DNA of 32,000 bases from Candidatus Electronema halotolerans. GTDB lineage: Bacteria > Desulfobacterota > Desulfobulbia > Desulfobulbales > Desulfobulbaceae. Below are positions 17,706-28,030 of the stretch, piece by piece. Position numbers and translations under genes: made by a program. The stretch spans positions 240,001 through 272,000 of the forward strand of contig OW818675.1 of the NCBI GenBank assembly GCA_942493095.1, written 5' to 3'. The notes beneath the pieces are model-generated. The model did no database searches. It was not told the DNA's origin and saw nothing but the letters and a program-made list of their open reading frames with translations. Position 1 is the first letter of the stretch, and each line of letters opens with the position of its first letter.

Positions 17706-20108
17706 TTATTTGCTCCGCAGGTCTGTGATGCCCTCCCAGTGCGCTGGAGGAGCAGCGGCCAGCCGCTCGCAGCGTTTCAGATACATGCTGTAGAGGCTGT
17801 CCTCTGGCTGATGGTCAGCCAAGTGCCGGAGCAGCAGTTCGGCTGCCAGAAAATCTCCGATGCTGTAATAGGCAAAGGCTTCATGCCAGCACTGCAATTC
17901 CTCTTCAATGCGCGCAGCTGCCGCACTGCGCCTGTCCAGCAGCTGGCAGACCGTCACCGGTTCCGTCTTGCCCTGCACCCGCACCGTGTCAACCTGCCGA
18001 AAGATGAAATCCTTGTGCAGGGCATCGCAGACTGGGCCGCTGACTAAGATTTCCGCGTTGTAAAATTTGGTCAGCCCCTCCAAGCGGGAGGCAAGATTGA
18101 CTGAATCGCCGATCACGGTGTATTCAAAACGCTGCTTGGAACCCATGTTGCCGACCCGCACCACGCCGCAGTGAATGCCGATGCCGATGCGAAGCGTGGG
18201 CAGGCCGCGCTTCAACCAGGAGCTGTTCAGCAGTTTCAATTCCTTGAGCATGGCCAGAGCGGCTTCGCAGGCCTGTCTCGTATGATCAGGGGTGGGCAGC
18301 GGCGCGTTCCAGAAAGCCATGAGCGCGTCGCCGATGAACTTGTCCACCGTGCCGCGCCGGTTCATGACCGCTGCGGTCATGGGAGTCAAATATTCGTTGA
18401 GAAAGGCGCAGAGTGCTTGGGGACGCATTTTTTCAGCCATGCTGGTGAATCCACGGATATCAGAAAAAAGAATGGTCAATTCCCGCTCCTCGCCGCTCAG
18501 GACCAAGCTGTCCTGCTGCTTCACCATTTCTTCCACCACTGCCGGAGCAAGATATTGCGAGAAAACAGAACGGAGCCGTCTCGCCTTTTTCTCTTCGACA
18601 AAAAAATTGAAAAAGGTCAGGGCGGTGAAAATCAGCAGGGCCGTGGCGGTCGGCGTGACCAAATCAGTCATGAGATGAAAAAGCCAGACACTGCCCAGCG
18701 ACAAGGCAAAATTGCTGAGAATGACGGCCAAGGCGAGCAGGACTCCTTCGGCTGCGCCAAGCCGGGGCAGCAGCAGGGTCAGGAGCAGGCCGGTGCAGGC
18801 GATCTGAAGCAGCTCCAAACCCATGAGCCAGTCAGGCCGGTCGAGAAAGCTGCCGGTCAGCACGGTGTTGAGGGCATGGCCGTGAAACTCCACTCCTGGA
18901 AAGACAGTGCTCGTCGGCACAGAAATCAGATCAAAAAGACCGAGAGCAGAGGTGCCGACAAGAACATAAGCGTTTTTGAGCAGGGCTGGGTCGAATTCGC
19001 TGTCCAGCACATCAGCGGCGGAGAGATAACGCAGGCGGCGTTCTGGATGAAACATGTCAATCCCCCCTGTTCTTCGGCTGAACCTGACGATCATTTCTCC
19101 CTGATGCGAGACTGGTATCTGATATGGCCCTGCTTGCACCAGCCGCACCCCGTTTTCCCGGTTGCTGATCACTGTGACTGGTGCGCCGCCCGTGGCTGCT
19201 TGCAGCATGGCCAGCACCAGACTGGGATACGGCTCTCCAGTCAGCATGGCGGCAGTCCGAAGCACGGCGTAAGCATTCTGGAGCAGAGCAAAAGCCAGGC
19301 CCGGATGCAATGGCTGCTCAAACGCGCTCAATAAAGGCAGACAGCTACGTGCTCCAGCAGCAGCGTGAAAAACAGCATGGGTCAGGCCGGGCCAAGGCTG
19401 CCGCTCCAAGGAGGCCAGCAGCGGCAGACGGCGGACAATGGCATCCGCATCAGGAACAATATTGAAAAAGCCGCTGCCTTGAGCGTTTCGCTCCAGCACA
19501 GGCAGATTCAAATCAGCCCGATTGAAGCGGCGCAGAAAGGGTGCGGGGTTCCGCCCCAAAAGAGCGAAACTGCCTTTTGCCGGAGCAGTCATCTCTCTGT
19601 CCAGCCTCTCTTCCTCTTGGCCTGCTTCCATGTCGTGATAGGTGAAAAGATGGCCGAGAATGACGGGTGCGGGACTGGAACGCAGTGTTTCAGCAAAAAT
19701 GTCATCAGGATCAGGCAGGCTGTCCAGATATTCGCGCACCAATGGCGGTGAGGCTTTGGCGAGGCGGCGCGGGGCCGTGCGGTCAGATTCGCCGAACACA
19801 ATATCCAAGCCAATGACCGCAGGCCGGGCCGCCGCAACCTTGCTGATCAGCTCCGCAGTCAGACTGCGGGACCAAGGCCACTGACCATATTCAGCCAGAC
19901 TCTTCGTGTCAATATCAACAATGACCACTGGCTGCGCAGAAATTGGAGCTGGAAAGGTCCGCAGCAGCAGATCAAAGGACTTCAGCCGCAGGTCATTGAG
20001 CAAAGGCGGGTTGTAATAAACAAGCGCAAGCAGACAGCAGGAGACTGCTGTGCCAATAAAATGCGCTGTCTGAGCAGCTGCGAGTTTTTTTCTCCAGCCA
20101 GCAGGCAT
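17706..20108 (-). CDS. CHASE2-domain adenylate/guanylate cyclase
   Basis: 800-aa ORF with an N-terminal CHASE2-like region (QPVVIVDIDTKSLAEYGQWPWSR...), transmembrane helices and a C-terminal class III cyclase domain (LTILFSDIRGFTSMAEKM..., FIGDALMAFWNAP, GIGIHCGVVRVGNMGS..., YTVIGDSVNLASRLE). Confidence 0.93.
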   Translation of the reverse strand: MPAGWRKKLAAAQTAHFIGTAVSCCLLALVYYNPPLLNDLRLKSFDLLLRTFPAPISAQPVVIVDIDTKSLAEYGQWPWSRSLTAELISKVAAARPAVIGLDIVFGESDRTAPRRLAKASPPLVREYLDSLPDPDDIFAETLRSSPAPVILGHLFTYHDMEAGQEEERLDREMTAPAKGSFALLGRNPAPFLRRFNRADLNLPVLERNAQGSGFFNIVPDADAIVRRLPLLASLERQPWPGLTHAVFHAAAGARSCLPLLSAFEQPLHPGLAFALLQNAYAVLRTAAMLTGEPYPSLVLAMLQAATGGAPVTVISNRENGVRLVQAGPYQIPVSHQGEMIVRFSRRTGGIDMFHPERRLRYLSAADVLDSEFDPALLKNAYVLVGTSALGLFDLISVPTSTVFPGVEFHGHALNTVLTGSFLDRPDWLMGLELLQIACTGLLLTLLLPRLGAAEGVLLALAVILSNFALSLGSVWLFHLMTDLVTPTATALLIFTALTFFNFFVEEKKARRLRSVFSQYLAPAVVEEMVKQQDSLVLSGEERELTILFSDIRGFTSMAEKMRPQALCAFLNEYLTPMTAAVMNRRGTVDKFIGDALMAFWNAPLPTPDHTRQACEAALAMLKELKLLNSSWLKRGLPTLRIGIGIHCGVVRVGNMGSKQRFEYTVIGDSVNLASRLEGLTKFYNAEILVSGPVCDALHKDFIFRQVDTVRVQGKTEPVTVCQLLDRRSAAAARIEEELQCWHEAFAYYSIGDFLAAELLLRHLADHQPEDSLYSMYLKRCERLAAAPPAHWEGITDLRSK

Positions 20109-20113
20109 TGACT

Positions 20114-21259
20114 TTAGGGCATGGAAGGACTGACGAACGGCCCTTCCTCCTCTGGAATTTCAAGAATATCCCGATCCTGCAACGCGAGTTTGGAGCCGCA
20201 TTCCACCATGCTTTCCGCAAAAGTGCCGCCGAGTTCCTCCTCGGAAATGCCAAGCCGCGCTGCGGCCCCTTTGACGTGGTCTCTGCTGATATTGGCGCAG
20301 TACAAGGCCTTGAGAGTTGACCAGAGGAGAAATTTGTCCTGTCTGCTGACCACCAAAGCAAGAATCGCCTCTGGCTCAATGCCTCTGGCAAGGGCATTCT
20401 CCACAGCCCGATCCAAACCGAACAGTTCAAAATCATCAGTAAAATCTTGTTCCCAAGCCGCCGTTCCTCTGGCATCTGCGGCGGCGGCGGCTTCCAGTTC
20501 CGGGGCAATAGTCCGCAGGGTTCCTGCCGCTGCCTGACCAACCTTCACCGCAGGGCAGACTGGACAATCAGAAGGCGCGCCTGCCACAGACAAAGGGCCG
20601 ACCATGACAGAACCGCCCGCCGCACTGGTCAGCTCCACTGTGGAGCCGCCGCCGCCTGTGACCAAGGCGGTCAGCATCTGGTTCGGCGCATCCGGCGCAG
20701 GCGCGACCGCCAAAGCAAAATCAGTGCCCCGCGCTCCTGCGGCGGCAGTCGGGGTTCTGACAAGATAGGTGCCTTGGCCAGTGATCTTGGAGACAATGGT
20801 GCGCAGCCTCCCCAAGATGAGCTGCAACCTAGTGTCGCGGCTGCCTGTGCCGCGATTGTACAGCGACTGGTCAAGCACCAGTTTCGACTGCGGGGTCAGG
20901 GTCAGCAGGCTTTTGTCCCGCATCAACAAGGTCACGCGGCTGTCTTGGCCGGTGATAATGGTGTCGCCATTGAACACGGGCAGCCCTTTGCGCAAGCTGT
21001 AAGCCGTGCTGCTGTCCTGATGCAGGGCCAGCACAGTGCCCAGCGCGTTCCGCACGGTTCCTGCCTTGCCGCCCCTTCCCGGCGCAAATTTCTCGGCCAC
21101 TGTTGCGGAAGCAGGCAGCAGCGGTGCGGAAGGAACTGCTTCTGTTTTGAGAAAATGCAGCAAGTCAGATTTTGACGGGCAGTCTTCGCCAGCCAATCCG
21201 GTGAGCGGGAAAAAAAGCAGGAGCGCAAAACAGGCAAGAATGCTGACAGCAGCTTTCAT
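20114..21259 (-). CDS. FecR-domain secreted protein
   Basis: Signal peptide, then GTVLALHQDSSTAYSLRKGLPVFNGDTIITGQDSRVTLLMRDKSLLTLTPQSKLVLDQ...GTYLVRTPTAAAGARGTDFAL. It ends 5 bp before the cyclase start. Confidence 0.85.
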   Translation of the reverse strand: MKAAVSILACFALLLFFPLTGLAGEDCPSKSDLLHFLKTEAVPSAPLLPASATVAEKFAPGRGGKAGTVRNALGTVLALHQDSSTAYSLRKGLPVFNGDTIITGQDSRVTLLMRDKSLLTLTPQSKLVLDQSLYNRGTGSRDTRLQLILGRLRTIVSKITGQGTYLVRTPTAAAGARGTDFALAVAPAPDAPNQMLTALVTGGGGSTVELTSAAGGSVMVGPLSVAGAPSDCPVCPAVKVGQAAAGTLRTIAPELEAAAAADARGTAAWEQDFTDDFELFGLDRAVENALARGIEPEAILALVVSRQDKFLLWSTLKALYCANISRDHVKGAAARLGISEEELGGTFAESMVECGSKLALQDRDILEIPEEEGPFVSPSMP

Positions 21260-21371
21260 AGTTCCTCCGAGGCAGCAAAATGTTATTGGTGAGCTGTGCG
21301 GAGGCCATCTTACTGCTGATCTTCTGTTTTTTCATCATTTTTTTCATGCGGGCACCAAGCAGGGCCGACCA

Positions 21372-22085
21372 TCAGTCTTCAGCCTGATCTGTGCTGTCCA
21401 AGCCCATCAGCAGGGCCAAAAGGCTGCCGACAAGATAGACTAATCCGCCCGCCCAGAGGATGTCGCTGAAAAAATGCGCCCCTTGAAGCATCCGGGCCAC
21501 TCCGACGCAGGTGCCAAAAAGCAGGCCGAGGAGGAGGAACAGGGCTGCTGTCCGCCGCTGCTTTTCCCGCAGGACAAACCACGGGGCGAGCGCGGCAAAG
21601 GCAATGGCCGCATGACCGGATGGAAAGGAGCTGTTGGTTCCGGCAGTGCCGGGCCGCCAGAAGGGCGTGAACTGCTCGCTGCCGCCAAATTCAACAATTT
21701 CTCTGGGCCGCGCCCGGCCAAATTCTTCTTTGAGCAGCACGTTGATGAGCAGTCCTGGGCCAAGGGCCAGGAGCAGCAGGATGAACAGTGCCTCTTTGCG
21801 CCAGGCGGCGTATTTCCGCATCCAGAAGCCAGCCAGCAGCACAGCCAGCGCGGCTGCGCCGAGCAGAACTGCCGGTGCTGCCGCCCATTGATAAAGCATG
21901 TTCCACGGAAAGACATTGCCCGCAGGCCAGGCCCGGCTGCAGTCAGACTGCGCTGCGGCGATCACAAGGTCGCGCGGGACCAAGGAGATGATCAGGCGGT
22001 CCGCATCAAACGCAGAAACCACGACGCTGATCAGCACGAGAAAGAGGGTTACTGCGGTCAATTCTAACAATCTTTTTTGCAACAT
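21372..22085 (-). CDS. PAP2-superfamily phosphatase
   Basis: KEEFGRARPREIVEFGG...SSFPSGHAAIAF...GVARMLQGAHFFSDILWAG matches the PAP2 tripartite motif. Confidence 0.92.
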   Translation of the reverse strand: MLQKRLLELTAVTLFLVLISVVVSAFDADRLIISLVPRDLVIAAAQSDCSRAWPAGNVFPWNMLYQWAAAPAVLLGAAALAVLLAGFWMRKYAAWRKEALFILLLLALGPGLLINVLLKEEFGRARPREIVEFGGSEQFTPFWRPGTAGTNSSFPSGHAAIAFAALAPWFVLREKQRRTAALFLLLGLLFGTCVGVARMLQGAHFFSDILWAGGLVYLVGSLLALLMGLDSTDQAED

Positions 22086-22219
22086 GCGATAGGAGGGGAC
22101 TGAACAGACAGAGCCGGAAAGAAAAAATCAGCCTGGCAGAGTTCTTTTATATTTGCAGGTCTGGGCAAATCATACTATATTGTCTGCGCAGATGCCAAGC
22201 AAAGTCTTGGCTCAATTCC

Positions 22220-22296
22220 GGGCGAGTAGCTCAGATGGATAGAGTGTTGGCCTCCGAAGCCAAAGGTCGTGGGTTCGAATCCCGCCTCGCCCACCA
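22220..22296 (+). tRNA. tRNA-Arg (anticodon CCG), CCA encoded
   Basis: GGGCGAG/CTCGCCC acceptor stem, D-arm GCTCAGATGGATAGAGT, anticodon arm TTGGC-CTCCGAA-GCCAA, T-arm GTGGG-TTCGAAT-CCCGC, ACCA 3' end. Confidence 0.97.
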
Positions 22297-22645
22297 CAGC
22301 GCAGTGTCGCGCATCGCAGCTGACAAGCAGATAGTTTTTTTAGAAAAAGCCGTTCTGCCAGACAGCCCTGTCTCATTTCCAAGCGCCATTTCAAGCTGCT
22401 CCTGCACAATGCCTGTCATTGTAACAGCGCATAAGCAGCCTGTTTTTTTTCTGCCAGACATCCGGCTGCAGGACTGCTTCATCTTTCCGCTTTTCTCCCT
22501 CTGCCAAAGAAATGATTCGTTTTCAGCAGAATTGCTTTGCAAATCTGGCCATTTTCTATAACAATTATTTTTTCGGCTGAACAGGCTGCTGCCGCAGCAT
22601 GTTTTTTTTGTTTGGCCTGTTTGAGAATATTGCAATTTTTCCATC

Positions 22646-23566
22646 ATGAACAAGCACTTGTTGGCATTGCAGGACTTCACCCCGGCCCAGCTGCGCTCTT
22701 TTCTTGACCGTGCGGCGGTGTTGAAACAGGAAACAGCAGCCGGCATCCGACATCAGCAGCTTGCCGGAAAAAGCATCTGCATGCTGTTTGAAAAGCCTTC
22801 CACCCGGACGCGGGTCTCTTTTGAGGCGGCCATGTACGGCATGGGCGGCCAAGTGATCTTCATGCAGGCGCGGGAGACCCAGCTTGGCCGGGGCGAGCCG
22901 CTCAAGGACACAGCCCGGGTCCTCTGCCGCTATGCGGATGCCTTGGTGGTGCGCACTTTTGGCCAGCAGGTGGTGGAGGAGCTGGCCCGCTACTCAGAAG
23001 TGCCGGTGATCAACGCCCTCACCAACCTGCATCATCCCTGCCAGATACTCAGCGACCTGATGACCGTGCTTGAAAAGAAGGGAGAGCCGGAAAAGCTGAA
23101 GATCGTCTGGCTCGGTGACGGCAACAACATGGCCAACTCGTGGATTCAGGCCGCCGCAGTGCTGGACTTTCCGCTGACCCTTGCCTGCCCGGAAGGCTAT
23201 GAGCCGGATGCGGGCGTGCTTGAAGCTGCCCGCGCTGCTGCCAGCCAGCCGATCACCCTGCTGCGCGATCCGGCAGAGGCGGTGCGGGATGCGGACGTGA
23301 TCAACATTGATGTCTGGGCCTCAATGGGCCAAGAAAGCGAGCAGAAGCAGCGGCTGGCCATCTTCCGACCCTATCAGCTCAATGCGGACTTATTGGCCAA
23401 GGCGGCCAGTGATGCGGCGGTGCTGCACTGCCTGCCTGCGCACCGGGGCGAGGAAATCACCGAGGAGGTCTTGGAAGGACCGCAGAGCGTGGTCTTTGAT
23501 CAGTCTGAAAACAAGATGCACCTGCACAAGGCCATTCTGGAGGCCATGATCCTCGGCCCGGCCTGA
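22646..23566 (+). CDS. argF: Ornithine carbamoyltransferase
   Basis: FEKPSTRTRVSFEAAMYGMGG, HHPCQILSDLMT, WLGDGNNMANSW, VLHCLPAHRGEEITEEV. Confidence 0.96.
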   Translation: MNKHLLALQDFTPAQLRSFLDRAAVLKQETAAGIRHQQLAGKSICMLFEKPSTRTRVSFEAAMYGMGGQVIFMQARETQLGRGEPLKDTARVLCRYADALVVRTFGQQVVEELARYSEVPVINALTNLHHPCQILSDLMTVLEKKGEPEKLKIVWLGDGNNMANSWIQAAAVLDFPLTLACPEGYEPDAGVLEAARAAASQPITLLRDPAEAVRDADVINIDVWASMGQESEQKQRLAIFRPYQLNADLLAKAASDAAVLHCLPAHRGEEITEEVLEGPQSVVFDQSENKMHLHKAILEAMILGPA

Positions 23567-23599
23567 GCAGGCGGAACTCCGTCCAGCGGTCGCTCAGAA

Positions 23600-24979
23600 C
23601 TATGATGACTCCCCCCCGTCCATCAGCTTCAGCTTGCTGAGAAGCGAGGGGTAGCTGAGTTCCAGCAGCTCGGCGGCCCGGCTCTTATTGCCGCCTGTGG
23701 CCTCCATCGCCCGTTCGATGAGCCACTGCTCAACAATTTGCTTGCCCTGCTTGATTGAGGAGATGCCAAGGAGCAGATCAAGAGGATGGCCTTCCCTGCT
23801 GCCGGCCAGCATTTCCGGCAGGTTGTCCGGCTGGATCAGCCGCTCCTCAGCCATGAGCATGGCTCGCTCCAGCACATTCTCCAGCTCGCGGACATTGCCC
23901 GGCCAGGAATGGGCCAGCAGCCGCTGCATGGCCTGCGCTGACAGGCCCTCAATCTCAGGCCGGTTCATACTGATGGTGAACTTGTCAAGGAAATGCTCGC
24001 ACAGGGCAGGGATGTCAGCAATCCGCTCCCGCAGCGGCGGCAGATGGATGTTGACCACATTGAGGCGGTAAAAGAGGTCTTCGCGGAAGCGGCCCTCGCG
24101 CACCTCCTCAAGCAGGTCGCGGGCGGTGGCGGCAATGATCCGCACATCCACCTTGCGGCTGACCGTCGCGCCCAGCCGCCGGATTTCCTGCTCCTGCAAG
24201 ACCCGCAGCAGCTTGACCTGCATGGACAGGGGCAGCTCGCCGATCTCATCCAGAAAGAGGGTGCCTTTGTCCGCTTCCTCGAACAGCCCTTTCCGGTCCC
24301 GGTCCGCGCCAGTGAAGGCCCCCCGGACATGGCCGAACAGCTCGCTCTCCAAGAGATTGTCCGGGATGCCGCCGCAGTTGACCGCCAGAAACGGCTGCGC
24401 TGCCCGTCCGCTCCGGTCGTGGATGCCACAGGCGACCAGCTCCTTGCCCGTGCCGGACTCGCCCGTGATCAGCACGGTGGTGCTGTGCTTGGCCACCTTG
24501 GCCGCGAGCTGAAACACGCTCTGCATGGCCTTGCTGCTGCCGATCAGGCCGCCCAGACCAGCACTCTGCTCCAGCCCGGCCAGCCGTTTCTTCAGGAGGA
24601 TATTTTCCCGCCGCAGCCTCTCGCGCTCCTCAGCCTTGCGCAGCACCAGCACGATCTCATCATTCTTGAACGGCTTGGAAATGAAATCATACGCCCCCTG
24701 CTTGAGGGCCTCAATCGCGGTGTCAACTGTGCCATAGGCGGACATCATAATGATCACCGCCCCATGCTTGATGCCCGCCGCTGCTGTGAGAAAGGCCAGT
24801 CCGTCCATGCCCGGCATTCTGATGTCGCAGAGAACAAAATCAAAGGCCTGCGTCTTGAGCAAGTCCAACCCGGCCCGGCCATCAGCCGCAGCTTCAGCCG
24901 CATAGCCTTCGCTCTTGAGCAGGGCCGAAAGCATGTGCCGCATGTTCTCCTCGTCATCAATCACCAGAACTCGCTTCAT
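23600..24979 (-). CDS. Sigma-54-dependent NtrC-family response regulator
   Basis: Receiver domain (MKRVLVIDDEENMRHMLSALL...DFVLCDIRMPGMDG), AAA+ domain (GESGTGKELVA, GAFTGADRDRKGLFEEADKGTLFLDEIGELP), Fis-type HTH. Start at Met 24979 with an AAGGAGGAAGCC SD. Confidence 0.95.
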   Translation of the reverse strand: MKRVLVIDDEENMRHMLSALLKSEGYAAEAAADGRAGLDLLKTQAFDFVLCDIRMPGMDGLAFLTAAAGIKHGAVIIMMSAYGTVDTAIEALKQGAYDFISKPFKNDEIVLVLRKAEERERLRRENILLKKRLAGLEQSAGLGGLIGSSKAMQSVFQLAAKVAKHSTTVLITGESGTGKELVACGIHDRSGRAAQPFLAVNCGGIPDNLLESELFGHVRGAFTGADRDRKGLFEEADKGTLFLDEIGELPLSMQVKLLRVLQEQEIRRLGATVSRKVDVRIIAATARDLLEEVREGRFREDLFYRLNVVNIHLPPLRERIADIPALCEHFLDKFTISMNRPEIEGLSAQAMQRLLAHSWPGNVRELENVLERAMLMAEERLIQPDNLPEMLAGSREGHPLDLLLGISSIKQGKQIVEQWLIERAMEATGGNKSRAAELLELSYPSLLSKLKLMDGGESS

Positions 24980-25026
24980 GGCTTCCTCCTTCTCAACTGT
25001 CAGGTCTGCCGCCATTGCTCGGATTG

Positions 25027-26148
25027 TCACGCCTGCCTCCTTTCATACTGCTGGCCAGGCAGCTGGCAAAGCAGCCCTTTCAGCTCCAAGCCCAGCAGCA
25101 GGCCGTGCAGTTGTCCGGCAGGCAGACCGCTTTTCGCCATCAGCTCCTCAATATCCACGGAAGCGGAGGGAGGCAGCAGCAGGAGCAGAGCTTGCTCTTC
25201 AGCAGACAGCTCCGCAGGTGCTGCGGTTCTGCTGCTGTCAGATGCCGTCGCCTTGAGCGATAGGGCAGGCAGTTCTGCGAGAATATCATCAACTGAATGA
25301 ACAAGATGCGCGCCTTGCTGGAGCAGGCGGTGGGGACCTTCACTTTGCGGCGAATCAATTCTGCCGGGCACGGCAAAGACTTCCCGGTTCTGCTCCAAGG
25401 CCATGCGGGCGGTGATCAAGGCGCCGGACCGGCCTGCCGCTTCAATAACCACTGTGCCCAAGGACAGGCCGCTGATGATCCGGTTGCGGGCGGGAAAACG
25501 GAATCCTTCCGGCGGGGTGCCGAGCGGATATTCACTGACGATCAGCCCGGCGGCGGCAACCTGCTCATAGAGCTTCTTGTGAAAGCGGGGATAGATGATG
25601 TCGATGCCGCAGCCAAGCACGGCAATGGTCCTGCCGCTGGCAGCCAGCGCGCCGGCGTGGGCTTGGCCGTCAATGCCCTCAGCCAGCCCGCTGACCACGG
25701 CAAAACCGGCCTGGACCAGCTGCCTGGCCAGAATGAAGCTGACCTTGCGGCCATAAGAGGTGGCGGAACGGGCACCGACCAAGGCGACCGCAGGCTGAGT
25801 CAGGCAGGCGGCATCACCCCGGCACCAGAGCAGCACTGGCGGGTCATGAATGGTACGGAGCAGGGAAGGGTAACAGGGATTGTCACAGGACAGGAGGAGC
25901 ACGCCGATCCGGGCGGCCCGTTCCTCCTCCTGCGCGGCCCAAGAACGAGTCTGGACAAGAAGGGCTGAATTGGTGAACAGAGCCGCCAGCCGGGGGCCGA
26001 TACCTTCCACTTGAGACACGTCCCGGCCCGCAGCCAAGACGGCTTGAGGACTGCCAAAGGCTGTGGTCAGCCGGTGAATCAGCGCGCAGCCCAAGCCGGG
26101 CAGGGCGGCAAGGGTCAGCCAGTCTCTGACCGCATCAGGTCCGGCCAT
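25027..26148 (-). CDS. dprA: DNA processing protein DprA
   Basis: ALVGARSATSYGRKVSFILARQLVQAGFAVVSGLAEGIDGQAHAGAL, SEYPLGTPPEGFRFPARNRIISGLS. Confidence 0.95.
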   Translation of the reverse strand: MAGPDAVRDWLTLAALPGLGCALIHRLTTAFGSPQAVLAAGRDVSQVEGIGPRLAALFTNSALLVQTRSWAAQEEERAARIGVLLLSCDNPCYPSLLRTIHDPPVLLWCRGDAACLTQPAVALVGARSATSYGRKVSFILARQLVQAGFAVVSGLAEGIDGQAHAGALAASGRTIAVLGCGIDIIYPRFHKKLYEQVAAAGLIVSEYPLGTPPEGFRFPARNRIISGLSLGTVVIEAAGRSGALITARMALEQNREVFAVPGRIDSPQSEGPHRLLQQGAHLVHSVDDILAELPALSLKATASDSSRTAAPAELSAEEQALLLLLPPSASVDIEELMAKSGLPAGQLHGLLLGLELKGLLCQLPGQQYERRQA

Positions 26149-26162
26149 CGGCCACAGGCCGT

Positions 26163-27698
26163 TCAGTCATAGATGAACGGCTCCAAATAGCGGCTGCGGG
26201 TGGGATGCCGGAGCTTCTTGATCGCCTGCGACTCAATCTGGCGGATGCGCTCTCTGGTCACGGCAAAATGCTGCCCAACCTCCTCCAAGGTGTGATCACA
26301 GCTCACCTCAATGCCATAGCGCAGCCGCAGGACATGCGCCTCCCGTTCGGTCAACTCGCTCATCACTTTGGCCAAGCAGCGCTTCAGGCTCTCTGTAATT
26401 GAATTGTCCTGGGGGTCAGGATTGAGTTCATCGACAAGGAAATCACTGAGCAGGGTGTCCTCCTCATCGCCCACTGGCGCGTCCAAGGAAATCGCGTCTC
26501 TGGCGGTCTTGAGAGCGGCATGAACATAATCAACATCTGTCTCAAGCTGGGCCGCCATCTCTTCCGGTGTAGGCTCGCGGCTCTCAGCCCGCTGGAATTC
26601 TCTGGTGAAACGGAGCATCCGGTTGATGGCCTCAATCATGTGCACAGGCAGACGGATGGTGCGGCCCTGATCAGCAATGCCGCGATTGATGGACTGCCTG
26701 ATCCACCATGTGGCATAGGTGGAGAATTTGTAGCCCCGGTTGTAATCGTATTTTTCCACCGCCTTCATCAGGCCGATGTTGCCTTCCTGAATCAGATCGG
26801 CAAGCTGCATGCCCCGATTGAGGAATTTTTTGGAAATGGAGATCACCAGCCGCAAATTGGCCCGGACCAGTGCTTCCTTGGCCTGCTTGGCCATCAGGCG
26901 ACCGATCTTCATTTCTGTGAACACCGCGTTGAAACCGCGACAGTCCATGCCCACCGCCTCAGCCAAGTCCAAGCTGATCCGCCGCTCCATCTCATCCAGC
27001 TCCGGCAGCTGGCCCATGTCGTGGCTGGCTCTGGCTGTCAGCAGCAGCTCCCGTCTGGCCCTGATCCGCACCTCGCGGAACTTGCTGTTGAATTCCTCCA
27101 CCGCCTTGATCACTGGCAGCAGGCTCCGGTAGCTGATCCGCCAGTGATCGAACAGAGCGGCTATCTCTGCGCCGACCTGCCGCACGGCCTCGGTGATCCG
27201 TTCCTCTTCCTGCAAGGTGCCAAGTTTGTCTTTCAAATCCTGAAACAGGGCTGTCCGTTGCTGATCAAGCAGAAACGCCTCCTCAATGGCGGCGAGAAAA
27301 TGCTCCCGGATGACGGCCAAGCCTTCATCATCATTCTCAGACACGCCATGCAGCACAGAACTGATCCGCAGCCCTCCCTGCGTCAGCCCCTGCTTCAAGC
27401 TTTCCAGCGCTTCCAGCCCGGCACTCAACTGGAGAACAGCATTTTGAATTCTGCCCTCTCCCTCCTCAATCTTTTTCGCCAGCTCAATTTCCTCATGATA
27501 GGTGAGCAGATCCAGCTCGCCCATTTCCCGAAGATAAATATTCATCGGGTCTGCGGCAAACTCTTCCCTCTCTCCCCCAGCATTCTGTTCGCTGCTGCCT
27601 TGCTCTTCTTCAGCATCTGTCGTCTCGCTGCCCGCGTCAACCGTGCTGTCGTCGTCTTCACAGATTTCTTCTGAAGACACTGCCAACTGGTTCTTCAT
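26163..27698 (-). CDS. rpoD: RNA polymerase primary sigma factor (sigma-70/RpoD)
   Basis: [109 protein letters not shown]. Confidence 0.97.
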   Translation of the reverse strand: MKNQLAVSSEEICEDDDSTVDAGSETTDAEEEQGSSEQNAGGEREEFAADPMNIYLREMGELDLLTYHEEIELAKKIEEGEGRIQNAVLQLSAGLEALESLKQGLTQGGLRISSVLHGVSENDDEGLAVIREHFLAAIEEAFLLDQQRTALFQDLKDKLGTLQEEERITEAVRQVGAEIAALFDHWRISYRSLLPVIKAVEEFNSKFREVRIRARRELLLTARASHDMGQLPELDEMERRISLDLAEAVGMDCRGFNAVFTEMKIGRLMAKQAKEALVRANLRLVISISKKFLNRGMQLADLIQEGNIGLMKAVEKYDYNRGYKFSTYATWWIRQSINRGIADQGRTIRLPVHMIEAINRMLRFTREFQRAESREPTPEEMAAQLETDVDYVHAALKTARDAISLDAPVGDEEDTLLSDFLVDELNPDPQDNSITESLKRCLAKVMSELTEREAHVLRLRYGIEVSCDHTLEEVGQHFAVTRERIRQIESQAIKKLRHPTRSRYLEPFIYD

Positions 27699-28030
27699 GC
27701 CGATACCTCCTCCGTACCATCAAAAAATCCAGTTTCTGGACAAAAACAGATAGTTTTGCCCGCCCCCTCTTCCCCTGCCGCATGGCCGCTCCTGCTCAAC
27801 CCTTGCAGCTGATCTCTTGCTGTCCTTTTATTGTACAACTTTTTACATCCTTTGCATAGCTTTTTCAGACCACTCTGTGGCTTTTTTACTCAATACGAGT
27901 AATTTTTCCTCAGTCATATTTGCAGAACAATTTTTTTCAACAAAAAAACAATGTTCTGCGACGCGCTGTTACTGATCCGGGCAATCTTTTTCAGGAATGG
28001 CTCTTAACAGAGGCTTGTTTCACCATCTTC

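Noticed and set aside
22235-22561. 108-aa plus-strand ORF MDRVLASEAKGRGFESRLAHHS...
   Set aside because: It reads through the tRNA-Arg gene. GRGFESRLAH is a typical spurious translation of a tRNA T-arm/CCA end.
26520-27674. 384-aa plus-strand ORF opposite rpoD
   Set aside because: Antisense shadow of the highly supported rpoD gene. Equivalent long antisense ORFs occur over dnaG (28835-29986) and the response regulator/dprA (23993-25300).
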